Positions 10,083 to 19,824 of a stretch of 64,000 nucleotides of DNA are shown one piece after another. The stretch lies in NCBI GenBank assembly GCA_014729775.1, contig WJJJ01000021.1, positions 24,788-88,787 on the forward strand, written 5' to 3'. The notes under the pieces are model-generated. The model did not search any database. It was not told the DNA's origin and saw only the letters and a list, made by a program, of their open reading frames with translations. The position numbers and the translations under genes are program-made. How positions within the stretch are numbered: the stretch's first letter is position 1; every line of letters begins with the position of its first letter. The stretch is from Candidatus Omnitrophota bacterium. Lineage in GTDB: Bacteria; Omnitrophota; Gorgyraeia; Duberdicusellales; 4484-171.

Positions 10083-10874
10083 CTAAATTTTAGACTGAAT
10101 TATATTCTGTGCGAGATTCATGTTCACCGTATCAGCGGCGGCAGCAACCCGAAGCATACCCGCTTCCAGCGCCATAAGCCGCTCGGTGGTATACGAACGC
10201 AGGATTATCTCACAATCACCGCTTTCTCTCAAGGAATTATTCTTGCGGTAGCGCGCACAAAGATGCGCGTGTACGCACTGTATCATGCACCGCAGGAATT
10301 CCATAAATTCCTGCCGTTTTTTGAATTTTTTCCGATGGCCGCGCAAAAACGACGCGACGTCGGATGCCTCCTGCGCCGCGCCAACTTCCCGAACTTCCTC
10401 CGGAAGAAAGACTTTGCGGCACCGGGAGAGAATCGTGGGAAGGATCCCCTCGGTATGCGCAGCACACACCATGATACAGGAATGTCCGGGGGGCTCTTCC
10501 AGCGTCTTGAGAAACGCGTTCGCCGCTTCGGCGGAAAAACACTCCCCGCCGTTCACTTTCAGGATTTTTAACGGGATACGGAAACTCCGCAGGCTCAGGA
10601 ATTCCCTGCTTTCACGAATACTCTGAATTTTTATGGTGTGAGGATCAGGAGCAATGATCTTCAGATCCGGATGCCTTCCTTCTGCCATTTTTCGGCAGTC
10701 CCAGCACGTTCCGCATCCGAAAGAGGAAACCTCGCAGGCAAATCCCTGAAGAATCCTGAGCATCAGCTCCTCGTTATCCCCCACGAACAGCATCGACTGA
10801 TTCAGGCGTTTCCTCTGTTTCAGCAGCGAAAAATATTTAAGCAGCCGCTCAGTTTGCGGAATCTGTTGCGTCAT
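10083..10874 (-). CDS. holB: DNA polymerase III delta-prime subunit (divergent, short)
   Basis: Zn module C..CGTCWDC, HPD, AANAFLKTLEEPP and ILPTILSRC. Confidence 0.88.
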   Translation of the reverse strand: MTQQIPQTERLLKYFSLLKQRKRLNQSMLFVGDNEELMLRILQGFACEVSSFGCGTCWDCRKMAEGRHPDLKIIAPDPHTIKIQSIRESREFLSLRSFRIPLKILKVNGGECFSAEAANAFLKTLEEPPGHSCIMVCAAHTEGILPTILSRCRKVFLPEEVREVGAAQEASDVASFLRGHRKKFKKRQEFMEFLRCMIQCVHAHLCARYRKNNSLRESGDCEIILRSYTTERLMALEAGMLRVAAAADTVNMNLAQNIIQSKI

Positions 10875-11526
10875 GACATTTACCGGTCTTTTTCCGTCGG
10901 AGGAAAAAATCTTCCAGCGCGTCTTTCACCCGGGGATAAATTACCTCCAGTGCGCCGCGGGCGTCGATGACTTTAATCCGATCCGGATGTTGCCGGGCCA
11001 GCAAGAGATACCCTTCGCGAAGTTTACAGTGATACTGATAGGAACGGGATTCGATCCGGTCTTTCTGCGGAATGCGGGCCAGCCCCTCTTCTACTCCGGA
11101 ATCGAGCAGCAAAGTAATATCCGGAACCATCCCCAGGGAAAATATCCTCACTCCTTCCCGCGCCTGTTCCCGGAGTCCCAGCGCATATCCCTGGTAAGCC
11201 AGGGTCGAATCAAAAAACCGGTCACAGATCACTACGTCATATTCATCAAGCGCCGGACGAAGCTTTTCGTCGATCAGCTGGGTGCGGGCCGCGAGATACA
11301 GCAGCAGCTCCGTGGACGGAGAAATTTCGCGGTTCTCCGGATCAAGCAGGATTTCCCGGATACGTTCCCCGATCCGGGTAGATCCCGGCTCGCGGAAAAC
11401 CGCTACCTGCCGTTTCTGCTCCTGAAAGTACCGTTCCAGGTACCGGATCACGCTGCTCTTTCCGCTTCCTTCCAGTCCTTCCACGCTTACAAACAACGCG
11501 CGCCGGCTCAAATCTTCCTCCGCCAT
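10849..11526 (-). CDS. tmk: Thymidylate kinase
   Basis: EGLEGSGKSS, REPG and CDRFFDSTLAYQG. Confidence 0.95.
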   Translation of the reverse strand: MAEEDLSRRALFVSVEGLEGSGKSSVIRYLERYFQEQKRQVAVFREPGSTRIGERIREILLDPENREISPSTELLLYLAARTQLIDEKLRPALDEYDVVICDRFFDSTLAYQGYALGLREQAREGVRIFSLGMVPDITLLLDSGVEEGLARIPQKDRIESRSYQYHCKLREGYLLLARQHPDRIKVIDARGALEVIYPRVKDALEDFFLRRKKTGKCHDATDSAN

Positions 11527-12926
11527 ACGGTTCCGTGCTTCGTGTCTTCGAGAATAACCCCTTTGGCGTCCAGTTCCTCGCGGATCGCGTCCGCTTCTTC
11601 GTATTTTTTTTCCTTGCGCATTTTTTCTCTTTCTCTGATCATGGATTCGACTTCCCGCTCCGAGATCGTGGAGGAAGAGACGTATTCAAAAGTAAAGCAG
11701 AAAACGTCGCACATTTCCCGCAGAATTTCCTCCGCGCAGTCAAGGAACGGATCCTTCCCGTTCTCTTCCTGATCAAGCCTCCTGTGACATTCGTTGACCA
11801 GCTCGAACAACGCGGCAAGCCCTTCCGGCATGTTGAAATCGTCATCCATGGCCCCAATGAACTTCTGCCGGTATCGCTGGGCGGATTCCGCACCGCTTTC
11901 CTTTTTTCCGGTCCTGTCACGGTGTTCGAGTCTGTCTCTGACGTTGACGATCCGCCCGTACGCGCTCTTCATCTCTTCCATCTTCCGCCAGGAAAAATCC
12001 ACGGAACTCGCGTAATGAGCCTGTAAAAATAAAAGTTTCAGCGCATCGGCCGGAAAGCGTTCGCACACCTCCCTGATGGTCACGAAATTACCGGCGGATT
12101 TCGCCATCTTTTGATGTCCGATTGTCACCAATCCGTGATGTATCCAAAATCGCGCGAACGGTCTGCCGGTACGGGCCTCGGATTGGGCCAGTTCGTTTTC
12201 ATGATGAGGGAACACCAGATCTCTGCCGCCGCCGTGAATATCAATCGTTTCGGTCGAAAGACATTTCAGGCTCATCACCGAACATTCAATATGCCACCCG
12301 GGCCGGCCCGATCCCCACGGACTTTCCCAGGACGGTTCCTGGGATTTGGCCTTTTTCCACAGCGCGAAATCAAGGGTATCGCGTTTACGGGGATCGGCCT
12401 CGATCCGCACCGAATCAAAAAGATCATCGATCTTTTTCCCGGAAAGCTTCCCGTAATCAGGAAACGAACGGACGGAGAAATATACGTTTCCCTCGCTCTC
12501 GTATGCATATCCCTGTTCAATCAAGGACCGGATAAACTCCTGCATCTCCGGTATGTTTTCGGTCGCGAGGGGTTCCTGTTCCGCCCGTGGAATGCCCAGC
12601 CGCGCGAGATCTTCCCGGTAACTTCGGATATACGTTTCCCGCACCATTTCAAACGCCTCCGGCAACGCAAGATGTTCCCGTTCGCTGACGGTGCGCGCTT
12701 TCCGGATGATTTTATCGTCTATGTCGGTAATGTTACGGATATGGCGCACCCGGTATCCCCGAAAAGAGAGATAACGCTTGATCACCTCAAAGATATACAA
12801 TGACCGGGCGTGTCCGATGTGACAATGATCGTATACCGTCACCCCGCACGTGTACAGATTCACCTGACCCGGCGCCTGCGGCTGAAATTCATCCTTTTTG
12901 CGGGTAAGCGTATTATAAATTTTCAT
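11508..12926 (-). CDS. cysS: Cysteinyl-tRNA synthetase
   Basis: CGVTVYD..HIGHAR, DFALWK, GRPGWHIECS, HGGGRDLVFPHHENE and KMAKS. Confidence 0.97.
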   Translation of the reverse strand: MKIYNTLTRKKDEFQPQAPGQVNLYTCGVTVYDHCHIGHARSLYIFEVIKRYLSFRGYRVRHIRNITDIDDKIIRKARTVSEREHLALPEAFEMVRETYIRSYREDLARLGIPRAEQEPLATENIPEMQEFIRSLIEQGYAYESEGNVYFSVRSFPDYGKLSGKKIDDLFDSVRIEADPRKRDTLDFALWKKAKSQEPSWESPWGSGRPGWHIECSVMSLKCLSTETIDIHGGGRDLVFPHHENELAQSEARTGRPFARFWIHHGLVTIGHQKMAKSAGNFVTIREVCERFPADALKLLFLQAHYASSVDFSWRKMEEMKSAYGRIVNVRDRLEHRDRTGKKESGAESAQRYRQKFIGAMDDDFNMPEGLAALFELVNECHRRLDQEENGKDPFLDCAEEILREMCDVFCFTFEYVSSSTISEREVESMIREREKMRKEKKYEEADAIREELDAKGVILEDTKHGTVWRRKI

Positions 12927-13395
12927 CGCTCTTCACACTCGCCACGGCCATACAGCATACGGCGTCCTTCCCCCCCAGCAGAGACAATCCCTCTTTGGAT
13001 TTGATTTTCACGTTCACCGGACAGGAAAACAATTTCTTCAACTGCCCGCACATCGCTTCTTTATAGGGCACGAGGCGGGGAGCCTGGGCGACAATCGTCA
13101 CATCAATGTTGATCAACGAAAACCGTCCTTCCATTTTTCCCAATACGAACCGAACGATTTCCGCGCTGGAAACGTTCTGCGAAGATTCCGCTTCGGGCGG
13201 AAACAAATCTCCTATATCCCCTAACCCGCACGCCCCGCAAAGGGCGTCACAAATCGCGTGCAGCACCACATCTCCGTCGGATACGGCTGAAAGAGTCCGC
13301 TCATAGGGGATTTTTACCTGGGCCAGAAGAATATCCCTGCCCCGATCCGTGTAGGCGTGCACGTCGAACCCGAAGCCTGCTCGTGTATGTGTCAC
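12913..13395 (-). CDS. ispF: 2-C-methyl-D-erythritol 2,4-cyclodiphosphate synthase
   Basis: GFGFDVH and SDGDVVLHAICDALCGA..GDIG; directly downstream of ispD. Confidence 0.92.
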   Translation of the reverse strand: MTHTRAGFGFDVHAYTDRGRDILLAQVKIPYERTLSAVSDGDVVLHAICDALCGACGLGDIGDLFPPEAESSQNVSSAEIVRFVLGKMEGRFSLINIDVTIVAQAPRLVPYKEAMCGQLKKLFSCPVNVKIKSKEGLSLLGGKDAVCCMAVASVKSDENL

Positions 13396-14057
13396 CGATC
13401 ATACCCTTCTTGTTTTCCCCGGAAAAAATCCAGATCCTCCGGGAACGTAATTTTAACGTTCTTCCGCTCTCCTTCAATCACTTTTACCTTTCCACCCGTC
13501 TGCTCCACCAGTTGAGCGTCATCGAAATACTCTTTATGTTCGGCGTTCGCGTAGGCGTGCCGAAGCATTTTTCTTCGAAAGCCTTGGGGAGTCTGCACCG
13601 CGTAGACGGAATTTCTATTCAGCGTAGAGTTCACGTACCCCCTGGAATCAACCGTTTTCAGCGTATCTCTGGAACGTATCCCGCAAATGACCGCTTCATG
13701 GCTGTCCAGCGCGCTGATCACCCGCCCGATCAATTCCGGCGACACAAAAGGGCGGGCCCCGTCATGTATCAACACCCCGCGTATCGTTTTTTTTAGCGCA
13801 TCAAGGCCGTTTCTCACCGATTCGGTGCGGCACGCGCCTCCTTCCGCCAGACGCACTTTTTTTTCGGGAAACCACTCCTCCGCGCGGGAGAAATGTTCCC
13901 GGCGAAGAACGAGCACGACTTGATCAATGCCTCCGGCACGCAAAAAGGTCCGGCAGGCGTGGACGAACAGCGGCGCCCCGTTCACCTTTACACAGGCCTT
14001 GTCCCGGCCGAACCGGGCTCCCTTCCCCGCACATACGATCACCGCCCCTGTTTTCAT
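13392..14057 (-). CDS. ispD: 2-C-methyl-D-erythritol 4-phosphate cytidylyltransferase
   Basis: CAGKGARFG..K, RTESVRNGL, IHDGARPF, VQTPQGF, DDA and NVKITFPED. Confidence 0.94.
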   Translation of the reverse strand: MKTGAVIVCAGKGARFGRDKACVKVNGAPLFVHACRTFLRAGGIDQVVLVLRREHFSRAEEWFPEKKVRLAEGGACRTESVRNGLDALKKTIRGVLIHDGARPFVSPELIGRVISALDSHEAVICGIRSRDTLKTVDSRGYVNSTLNRNSVYAVQTPQGFRRKMLRHAYANAEHKEYFDDAQLVEQTGGKVKVIEGERKNVKITFPEDLDFFRGKQEGYDR

Positions 14058-14081
14058 AGTCAGTTTTTGCGGCAAGCTGCG

Positions 14082-15062
14082 TCAGCCGGCCAGTTTCGTG
14101 AACACGATACGGCCGCTGGGACTTTGCAGTACCGAAGTCACTTCTACCTCTGCCATCTTCCCGATCAGCCAGCGGGCATTTTCCACGACTACCATCGTGC
14201 CGTCCTCTAAATAACCGACTGCCTGGTTATGTTCTTTCCCTTCTTTGATCAGCTTAAGTGAAAACCGCTCGCCCGCGATGAATATCGGTTTAAGCGCGTT
14301 GCTGAGATCATTGATATTCAACACCCGCGCTCCCTGCAGCTGCGCGATACGGTTCAAATTGTAGTCCGTGGTGAGAATTTTCGCCCCGAGATCACGGGCA
14401 AGCTTCACTACTTTTTCGTCAACCGACTTCACACCCTCGATGTCTTTGTCGTGGATTACCACTTCAATGTAGGGCTCCTTTTTTAACGAATGCAGTATTT
14501 CGATCCCGCGCTTCCCCTTCTGCCGCTTCATATGCTCGGTGGAATCGGCCAACGCGCGCAGTTCATTCAACACCACCCGGGGAATCAATAACCTCGCCTC
14601 CAGGAACCCGGTCTTCACGATATCGAGAATCCTGCCGTCAATGATACTGCTGGTATCCACGACAATCGTTTCTTCCTTTAATTCCTGGCGTCGGAATTTC
14701 ACGTAAGGGATCACGAGATTGAAATCGCTTTTTCCCTTGATCCCGAGCGTAAGCCCCAGATACACAAAAATGAAGGTAAAAAACACCTGCACTACCGACA
14801 GTACTTCGGCCGGCACCGGGAACAGGCGCAGTGCCTCATTGAAAATTTTCGCGATCAACAGCCCCAGCAAAATACCGAACACCGCGCTAGAAAGCCCCTT
14901 CAGGGAAACCCTTCTTGCGAATATCTCGAATAATACCACAATGAGTCCGATCACGAATCCCATCAACGTATACATCAGTAAGTTTTCCTTGCTCAACGCG
15001 TATCCTGCGATCGTGCAGATAAAAATGAAAAATACGCGCAACAAAAATAATTTTCCCATCAT
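14082..15062 (-). CDS. PIN/TRAM domain membrane protein (YacL-like)
   Basis: N-terminal TMs, PIN motif VDTSSIIDGRI, and TRAM motif GKEHNQAVGYLEDGTMVVVE. Confidence 0.9.
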   Translation of the reverse strand: MMGKLFLLRVFFIFICTIAGYALSKENLLMYTLMGFVIGLIVVLFEIFARRVSLKGLSSAVFGILLGLLIAKIFNEALRLFPVPAEVLSVVQVFFTFIFVYLGLTLGIKGKSDFNLVIPYVKFRRQELKEETIVVDTSSIIDGRILDIVKTGFLEARLLIPRVVLNELRALADSTEHMKRQKGKRGIEILHSLKKEPYIEVVIHDKDIEGVKSVDEKVVKLARDLGAKILTTDYNLNRIAQLQGARVLNINDLSNALKPIFIAGERFSLKLIKEGKEHNQAVGYLEDGTMVVVENARWLIGKMAEVEVTSVLQSPSGRIVFTKLAG

Positions 15063-15096
15063 CCTACCTCCTTTTTCCGCGTGCGAAAACAAAATT

Positions 15097-16446
15097 TCAG
15101 GAAAACACCTTATGAATGACATCCTGTAACGTGGCGCACGGAACCACTTTCAAATTTTTTGGCGCATCCAGATCTTTCGTGTTCACTTCCGGTATGAAAC
15201 ACCGGCGAAAATTCCCGCGGTACGCTTCTTTCAAACGGCCGTTGATCCGGCTCACTCTGCGCACCTCTCCGGCCAATCCGATCTCGCCGATAAATACCGT
15301 GTCAAAAGACACCGGACGTTCTTTATAACTGGACACGATTGCCACCGCCGCTCCCAGATCGGTCGCGGGATCGTTCAGGCGAATGCCGCCGGCCACATTC
15401 AAAAACACATCCTCGCCCGAAAACGCCAATTTCAGACGCTTCTCGATAATCGCAATCAGGAGAGAAAACCTGTTAAAATCAAAGCCCAAGCTCCTGCGGC
15501 GCACCGTCCCGAAACTTGCCCGGCTGACCAGCGCCTGCAATTCTACGAACACCGGGCGAATCCCTTCCAGCGAACAGACCACGCTGCTGCCCGATACTTT
15601 TTCTTCCCGGTGTGGAAGAAACAAATCCGCGGTTTTGCTTACCTCTTTCAGACCGCGCGCGGTCATTTCAAAGAGCGCGATATCTCCGGTGGGGCCGAAT
15701 CGATTTTTGCTGGCGCGAAGGATTCGATAATGAGACAGCGCCTCACCTTCAAAATATAACACGCAATCGACAATATGTTCCAGCAGTTTCGGCCCTGCGA
15801 TAGACCCTTCCTTAGTAATGTGACCGACCACACAAATCACCACGCCCGAAGATTTCGCGATCCGGGTAAGATGATCGGCGCATCCCCGGATCTGAGAAAT
15901 ACTCCCCTTTGAACCCTCGCATTCCGGGGTGTAGACAACCTGTACAGAATCGATGACCACGAATTTAAACTCGTACTCGCGGACATACCGTTCAATCTGC
16001 GCCAGGTCGTCTTCACCCACCACATAAAGATTCCCCAGCGCTTTCCCCAGCCGCTCCACGCGGAGCGCCACCTGTTCCGGCGATTCTTCCGCGCTGACGT
16101 ACAGCGTCTTTTCTTTTTTCGCAAACTGAGCGGCGACCTCCAGAAGGAGCGTCGATTTCCCCACCCCCGGCGCTCCGCCGACGAGCACGATCTCTCCCTG
16201 GACGAACCCTCCGCCCAATACCTGATCAAATTCCTTGATCCCGGTATAGATACGCCGGTAGGAATGTTGCTGTATTTCGGAAAACGGACGCGGCGGAATT
16301 ACTTCGCGCGAGGCGCGGCGGTTTGAAATGCGGATCTTTGGTTCCGGTTCACGAAAACTTTCCCACTCCCCGCAATGAGGGCATTTTCCCAGCCATTTGA
16401 TCGACTGATATCCGCATTGTGCACATACAAACATAGTTGAACTCAC
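15097..16446 (-). CDS. radA: DNA repair protein RadA/Sms
   Basis: CAQCG..KWLGKCPHC, GAPGVGKSTLL, KNRFG and a Lon-like C-terminus GEIGLAGEVR. Confidence 0.96.
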   Translation of the reverse strand: MSSTMFVCAQCGYQSIKWLGKCPHCGEWESFREPEPKIRISNRRASREVIPPRPFSEIQQHSYRRIYTGIKEFDQVLGGGFVQGEIVLVGGAPGVGKSTLLLEVAAQFAKKEKTLYVSAEESPEQVALRVERLGKALGNLYVVGEDDLAQIERYVREYEFKFVVIDSVQVVYTPECEGSKGSISQIRGCADHLTRIAKSSGVVICVVGHITKEGSIAGPKLLEHIVDCVLYFEGEALSHYRILRASKNRFGPTGDIALFEMTARGLKEVSKTADLFLPHREEKVSGSSVVCSLEGIRPVFVELQALVSRASFGTVRRRSLGFDFNRFSLLIAIIEKRLKLAFSGEDVFLNVAGGIRLNDPATDLGAAVAIVSSYKERPVSFDTVFIGEIGLAGEVRRVSRINGRLKEAYRGNFRRCFIPEVNTKDLDAPKNLKVVPCATLQDVIHKVFS

Positions 16447-16459
16447 GTCGACGCCTGCT

Positions 16460-17158
16460 TTATTCGGGCTTATGCAGCAGTTTCCAAGGATGCTTCTTCA
16501 AATCGCGAATAAACTCTTCCGTTACCTGATACAGCGAATCATCGTACAGCAAGCGGCCGACCGTACCTTGTTTATTGCGGACATCTTTCACCAAACCTTT
16601 TAAATCAAGCGTAATATCCTCAAGATTTTTCATCGTATTTTCGAACGAGGTCTTAATCTCTCCTTCCTGCACGAATTCCTGAATTTCTCCCATGGTCTGA
16701 TGAAAAGTCGTGAATAAACTAAAAAGAGGAGTGGGAGACACCCCTTCTACCTGCGCGTTTTCGCTGAGATACCCGGTGATTTCCTCCGGAGGATTGATCT
16801 CCAGATACTTCTCCCCGAACAAACTAAGACTGTTGATGAAAAAATATGAGCCTTCGGGTATTTTCACGTTCCGCTGAATGTTGGCATGGACCACGACGTG
16901 AGGAATATCGGCGTCGTTTCTGATATCCACCCGGTCGACCTCCCCCACATTCACCCCCAAAAACCGCACCGGGGACGCCGGACGAAGCCCCTCGGCGAAC
17001 TCAAACCTTATCCGAATAGGATAGGTCCCCCGGAAGAATTTCATCTCCGGCATCGACAACAAAGCGATGAATACCAAAAGCAGGGCTCCCAGGAAAAATA
17101 TACCTACTTTTATGTATGCGAGATTCCGCCGGATATCTCCCAAACGTTTCTTTTTCAT
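16460..17158 (-). CDS. mlaD: MCE/MlaD family substrate-binding protein
   Basis: N-terminal TM, AEGL...PVRFLGVNVGEV, LFGEKYLEI and GTVGRLLYD. Confidence 0.88.
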   Translation of the reverse strand: MKKKRLGDIRRNLAYIKVGIFFLGALLLVFIALLSMPEMKFFRGTYPIRIRFEFAEGLRPASPVRFLGVNVGEVDRVDIRNDADIPHVVVHANIQRNVKIPEGSYFFINSLSLFGEKYLEINPPEEITGYLSENAQVEGVSPTPLFSLFTTFHQTMGEIQEFVQEGEIKTSFENTMKNLEDITLDLKGLVKDVRNKQGTVGRLLYDDSLYQVTEEFIRDLKKHPWKLLHKPE

Positions 17159-17217
17159 ATCACCCCCTTCTTACAAAAACAAAATATTATTGAATATCCT
17201 TTCTCGTGATTACATCG

Positions 17218-17347
17218 GCTTGCTTCTCTGCCTTTTCTCTCTTGCTACTTACCCCTTACTTCTTACTTTTTATCCCTTATTTCTTACCTCTTACCTCTGC
17301 CTCTCATCTCGTATCCGGGATCAAGTATCGAACATCCAGAATCCCCC
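17218..17347. repeat. Degenerate 7-nt tandem repeat tract
   Basis: CTTGCTA CTTACCC CTTACTT CTTACTT TTTATCC CTTATTT CTTACCT CTTACCT, then CTCATCT CGTATCC ... AACATCC AGAATCC, in the mlaF-mlaD spacer. Confidence 0.8.
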
Positions 17348-17349
17348 TC

Positions 17350-18117
17350 CTACACCTCCATCTCCTGAATCGGTCCTTTTGAACTTCCTTCTAAAAACTG
17401 AATCACCCGCTTATCCTCGGTCTGTTCCAAATCCTGAGTATCTCCTTCAAAGATCATCCTCCCGCCGAGCAAGAAAGCGAGACGATCGGCAATTTTCAAT
17501 CCCACCTCGAGATCGTGAGTCACTACCAGCGAGGTGATGTTAAATTGGGAATGGAGACCCTCGATTAAAGACACTATCTTATCTACGGAAATCGGATCCA
17601 CGCCGGTAGTCGGCTCATCATACACAATGATTTCCGGATTATAAATGATCGCGCGCGCGATCGCCACCCGTTTGCGCATCCCTCCGCTTAACTGATAGGG
17701 ATATAAATCCTCGATATCTTTAAGTCCCACTAACGCGAGCATATCCCGCACCTTTTCCCTGACTCGCGCCCGCTTCATCTTCGTATGCTGATAAAAATAA
17801 AACCCGACATTCTCCTCGATCGTCAGGAAATCAAATAAGGCGCTTCCCTGATATACCAACCCGAACTTTAGACGAATGCGTTTGCTTTCCGAGGGATTCA
17901 ATCGAGAGATATCGGTATCGTCGATTAATACCCTCCCCGAATCCGGATGCTGCAGTCCGAGGATGTTCTTGAGCAGGACCGATTTCCCGGCTCCGCTTCG
18001 GCCGATGATCAAGAACGTTTCTCCTTCATATACGGTCAACGAAGCGCCTTTGAGTACCTGCTTGTTCTCAAAAGACTTATGAATGTTTTCGACTTGTATT
18101 TTAGGTTTCAAAGCCAT
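17350..18117 (-). CDS. mlaF: MlaF-type ABC transporter ATP-binding protein
   Basis: GRSGAGKS, YQGSALFD, LSGGMRKRVAIARA and YDEPTTG. Confidence 0.9.
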   Translation of the reverse strand: MALKPKIQVENIHKSFENKQVLKGASLTVYEGETFLIIGRSGAGKSVLLKNILGLQHPDSGRVLIDDTDISRLNPSESKRIRLKFGLVYQGSALFDFLTIEENVGFYFYQHTKMKRARVREKVRDMLALVGLKDIEDLYPYQLSGGMRKRVAIARAIIYNPEIIVYDEPTTGVDPISVDKIVSLIEGLHSQFNITSLVVTHDLEVGLKIADRLAFLLGGRMIFEGDTQDLEQTEDKRVIQFLEGSSKGPIQEMEV

Positions 18118-18118
18118 C

Positions 18119-18880
18119 TTAAATAAAATAGAAAAGCGCCGTAAGAATGCAGTCACAGATAATGATCAGAATGAACGACCGGACTACCGCGTGGGTGACC
18201 GAACGGGACACGTCGATCGAGGAAAACGGCCGGAACCCCTCAAAACAGGAAACAAACGCGATAATCGAGCCGAAACAGATGCTTTTCACAATGCCGCCGA
18301 CGATATCTTTTACTCCCAGCGCGTCAAAGGTGAGCTGGAAATAGAGCCCCGCGGGAAGAGAAAATTTCGTCGACCCGACAATATAGCCCCCTATGATCCC
18401 CAGACAGTCGGCATAAATGACCAGCAGCGGCATGCACACGAACAACGCGATAAATTTAGGAACGACCAGATAGTCTATCGGATTGACCGCGAACGTCTCC
18501 AGCGCGTCCACCTGCTCGCTTATTTTCATTGAACCGATCCCGGCGGTGATCGAAGCGCCGCTGCGGGCGGCGACGATCAGAGAGCTTAATACCGGCCCCA
18601 ATTCCCGCACCAGGGACAACGCGACAAGAGAGGCGATATAAATTTCCGATTTAAACTGCTTTAACTGATATGCCGTCTGGAACGCGATAATAATCCCGAC
18701 AAAAAACGCGATGAGGGAAACCAGGGGAAGACTGTCCACTCCGATAACCACGATTTCGCGCAGTAAAGTTTTCAGTTTTCTTTTTTTCGCGAAAAACCAC
18801 CAGAGGGTGTCTTTGACAAAGAGCACGATCCCCCCCAGGTATTGAAACATCTCTTCAAACCGCTTAATCAAAGTGATCAA
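18119..18880 (-). CDS. mlaE: MlaE family ABC permease
   Basis: VRELGPVL, GSMKISEQVDALETFAVNPIDYLVVP and TxAVV. Confidence 0.9.
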   Translation of the reverse strand: MITLIKRFEEMFQYLGGIVLFVKDTLWWFFAKKRKLKTLLREIVVIGVDSLPLVSLIAFFVGIIIAFQTAYQLKQFKSEIYIASLVALSLVRELGPVLSSLIVAARSGASITAGIGSMKISEQVDALETFAVNPIDYLVVPKFIALFVCMPLLVIYADCLGIIGGYIVGSTKFSLPAGLYFQLTFDALGVKDIVGGIVKSICFGSIIAFVSCFEGFRPFSSIDVSRSVTHAVVRSFILIIICDCILTALFYFI

Positions 18881-19824
18881 AATTCCTTCCTCCGTTCAAA
18901 GCCCACTACGGTTTCGTCCTCCTCAAAACGCAGCCGCAGGAAATCATCGCTCTGCATTTTATACCTGACTTCCGCGGCGGGCCCCATCGTCCGTTCGCTA
19001 CGCTGTTCATAGGCCCCGAAACTCACGTCGAATTTCGGATCGACGCTTTTTTTGACTTCAACGCTTTTCTCTTTATCCGATTCCAGTTCCCATTCTCCGA
19101 GACCCAGCTTTTGAGACACGAAATCGGCTCCGGGAAAAATATTATCAAAATTCCCGATATCCATTTGCCCGACGACTTCAAACTCGCCGCCGTCGGAAAG
19201 GGTGATTTTTGAATCGGTAATGCTCAACACCGGCGGTTTACCGAGAAAATTAAGGAACATATGGGCAAACTGCGTTCCCTGGTACTGTCCGTCTTCAATT
19301 TCCACCGTTCCGGTCGTCAGCATATTCCCCAGCTGACCCCAGATTTTCGCGTCAAGATCAATCCTTCCCGAAAGCAATTCCGACTGCTGGGCCCATTTCG
19401 CCTGCAGCCGGAATTGAACGGTTTCTTCCGGCAGTGAAAGCTTCCCGCTCAGCAGCAGTCCGGAGGCGCGCAAATGGGTCAGCATCACGCTTTCCTCTCG
19501 GTGAACGATACGCGCCGACACCTCGGGAAAATACTTGGATCCCACCCGTACGTCTTTTCCCTCAAGCGTGTACACCGCGTAATCTTCTTCGGCCTTGATC
19601 TGATATTCGAACGCCGCCGCGACCTCGAATGCCCCCAGCGAAAATCCCCGTATCTTTCCCCGCCGCGCGTTCAGATCAAGTTCGACATAGTTACGCTTGG
19701 GTTCGACGATATCCGCGTACCGCCCGGACGCTTCTCCGTCCTCATAGGCCGGCCGGGAAGCGCTGGTATCTGTCACCCTACAGATCACCGCGGCAAAGAA
19801 CAGAACGCATACGATCCGCTTCAT
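18877..19824 (-). CDS. Secreted beta-strand-rich hypothetical protein (AsmA/TamB-like or OM-associated)
   Basis: Signal peptide [15 protein letters not shown]; alternating beta-strand pattern; C-terminal aromatic residue (GFERRKEF); start and stop overlap clpC and mlaE. Confidence 0.6.
   Translation of the reverse strand: MKRIVCVLFFAAVICRVTDTSASRPAYEDGEASGRYADIVEPKRNYVELDLNARRGKIRGFSLGAFEVAAAFEYQIKAEEDYAVYTLEGKDVRVGSKYFPEVSARIVHREESVMLTHLRASGLLLSGKLSLPEETVQFRLQAKWAQQSELLSGRIDLDAKIWGQLGNMLTTGTVEIEDGQYQGTQFAHMFLNFLGKPPVLSITDSKITLSDGGEFEVVGQMDIGNFDNIFPGADFVSQKLGLGEWELESDKEKSVEVKKSVDPKFDVSFGAYEQRSERTMGPAAEVRYKMQSDDFLRLRFEEDETVVGFERRKEF

Noticed and set aside
8329-12803. Long plus-strand ORFs (8329..9237, 10873..11772, 12111..12803)
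   Set aside because: Antisense shadows of metG, tmk and cysS with no recognisable motifs.
13255-13295. IspF with AVSDGD in place of the usual GHSDGD, read as a pseudogene
   Set aside because: The Zn-ligand motifs (DVH, LHA) and the reading frame are intact; most likely ordinary divergence.
17067-17537. 156 aa plus-strand ORF with a Leu-rich stretch
   Set aside because: Produced by reading through the heptamer tract antisense to the mla genes.
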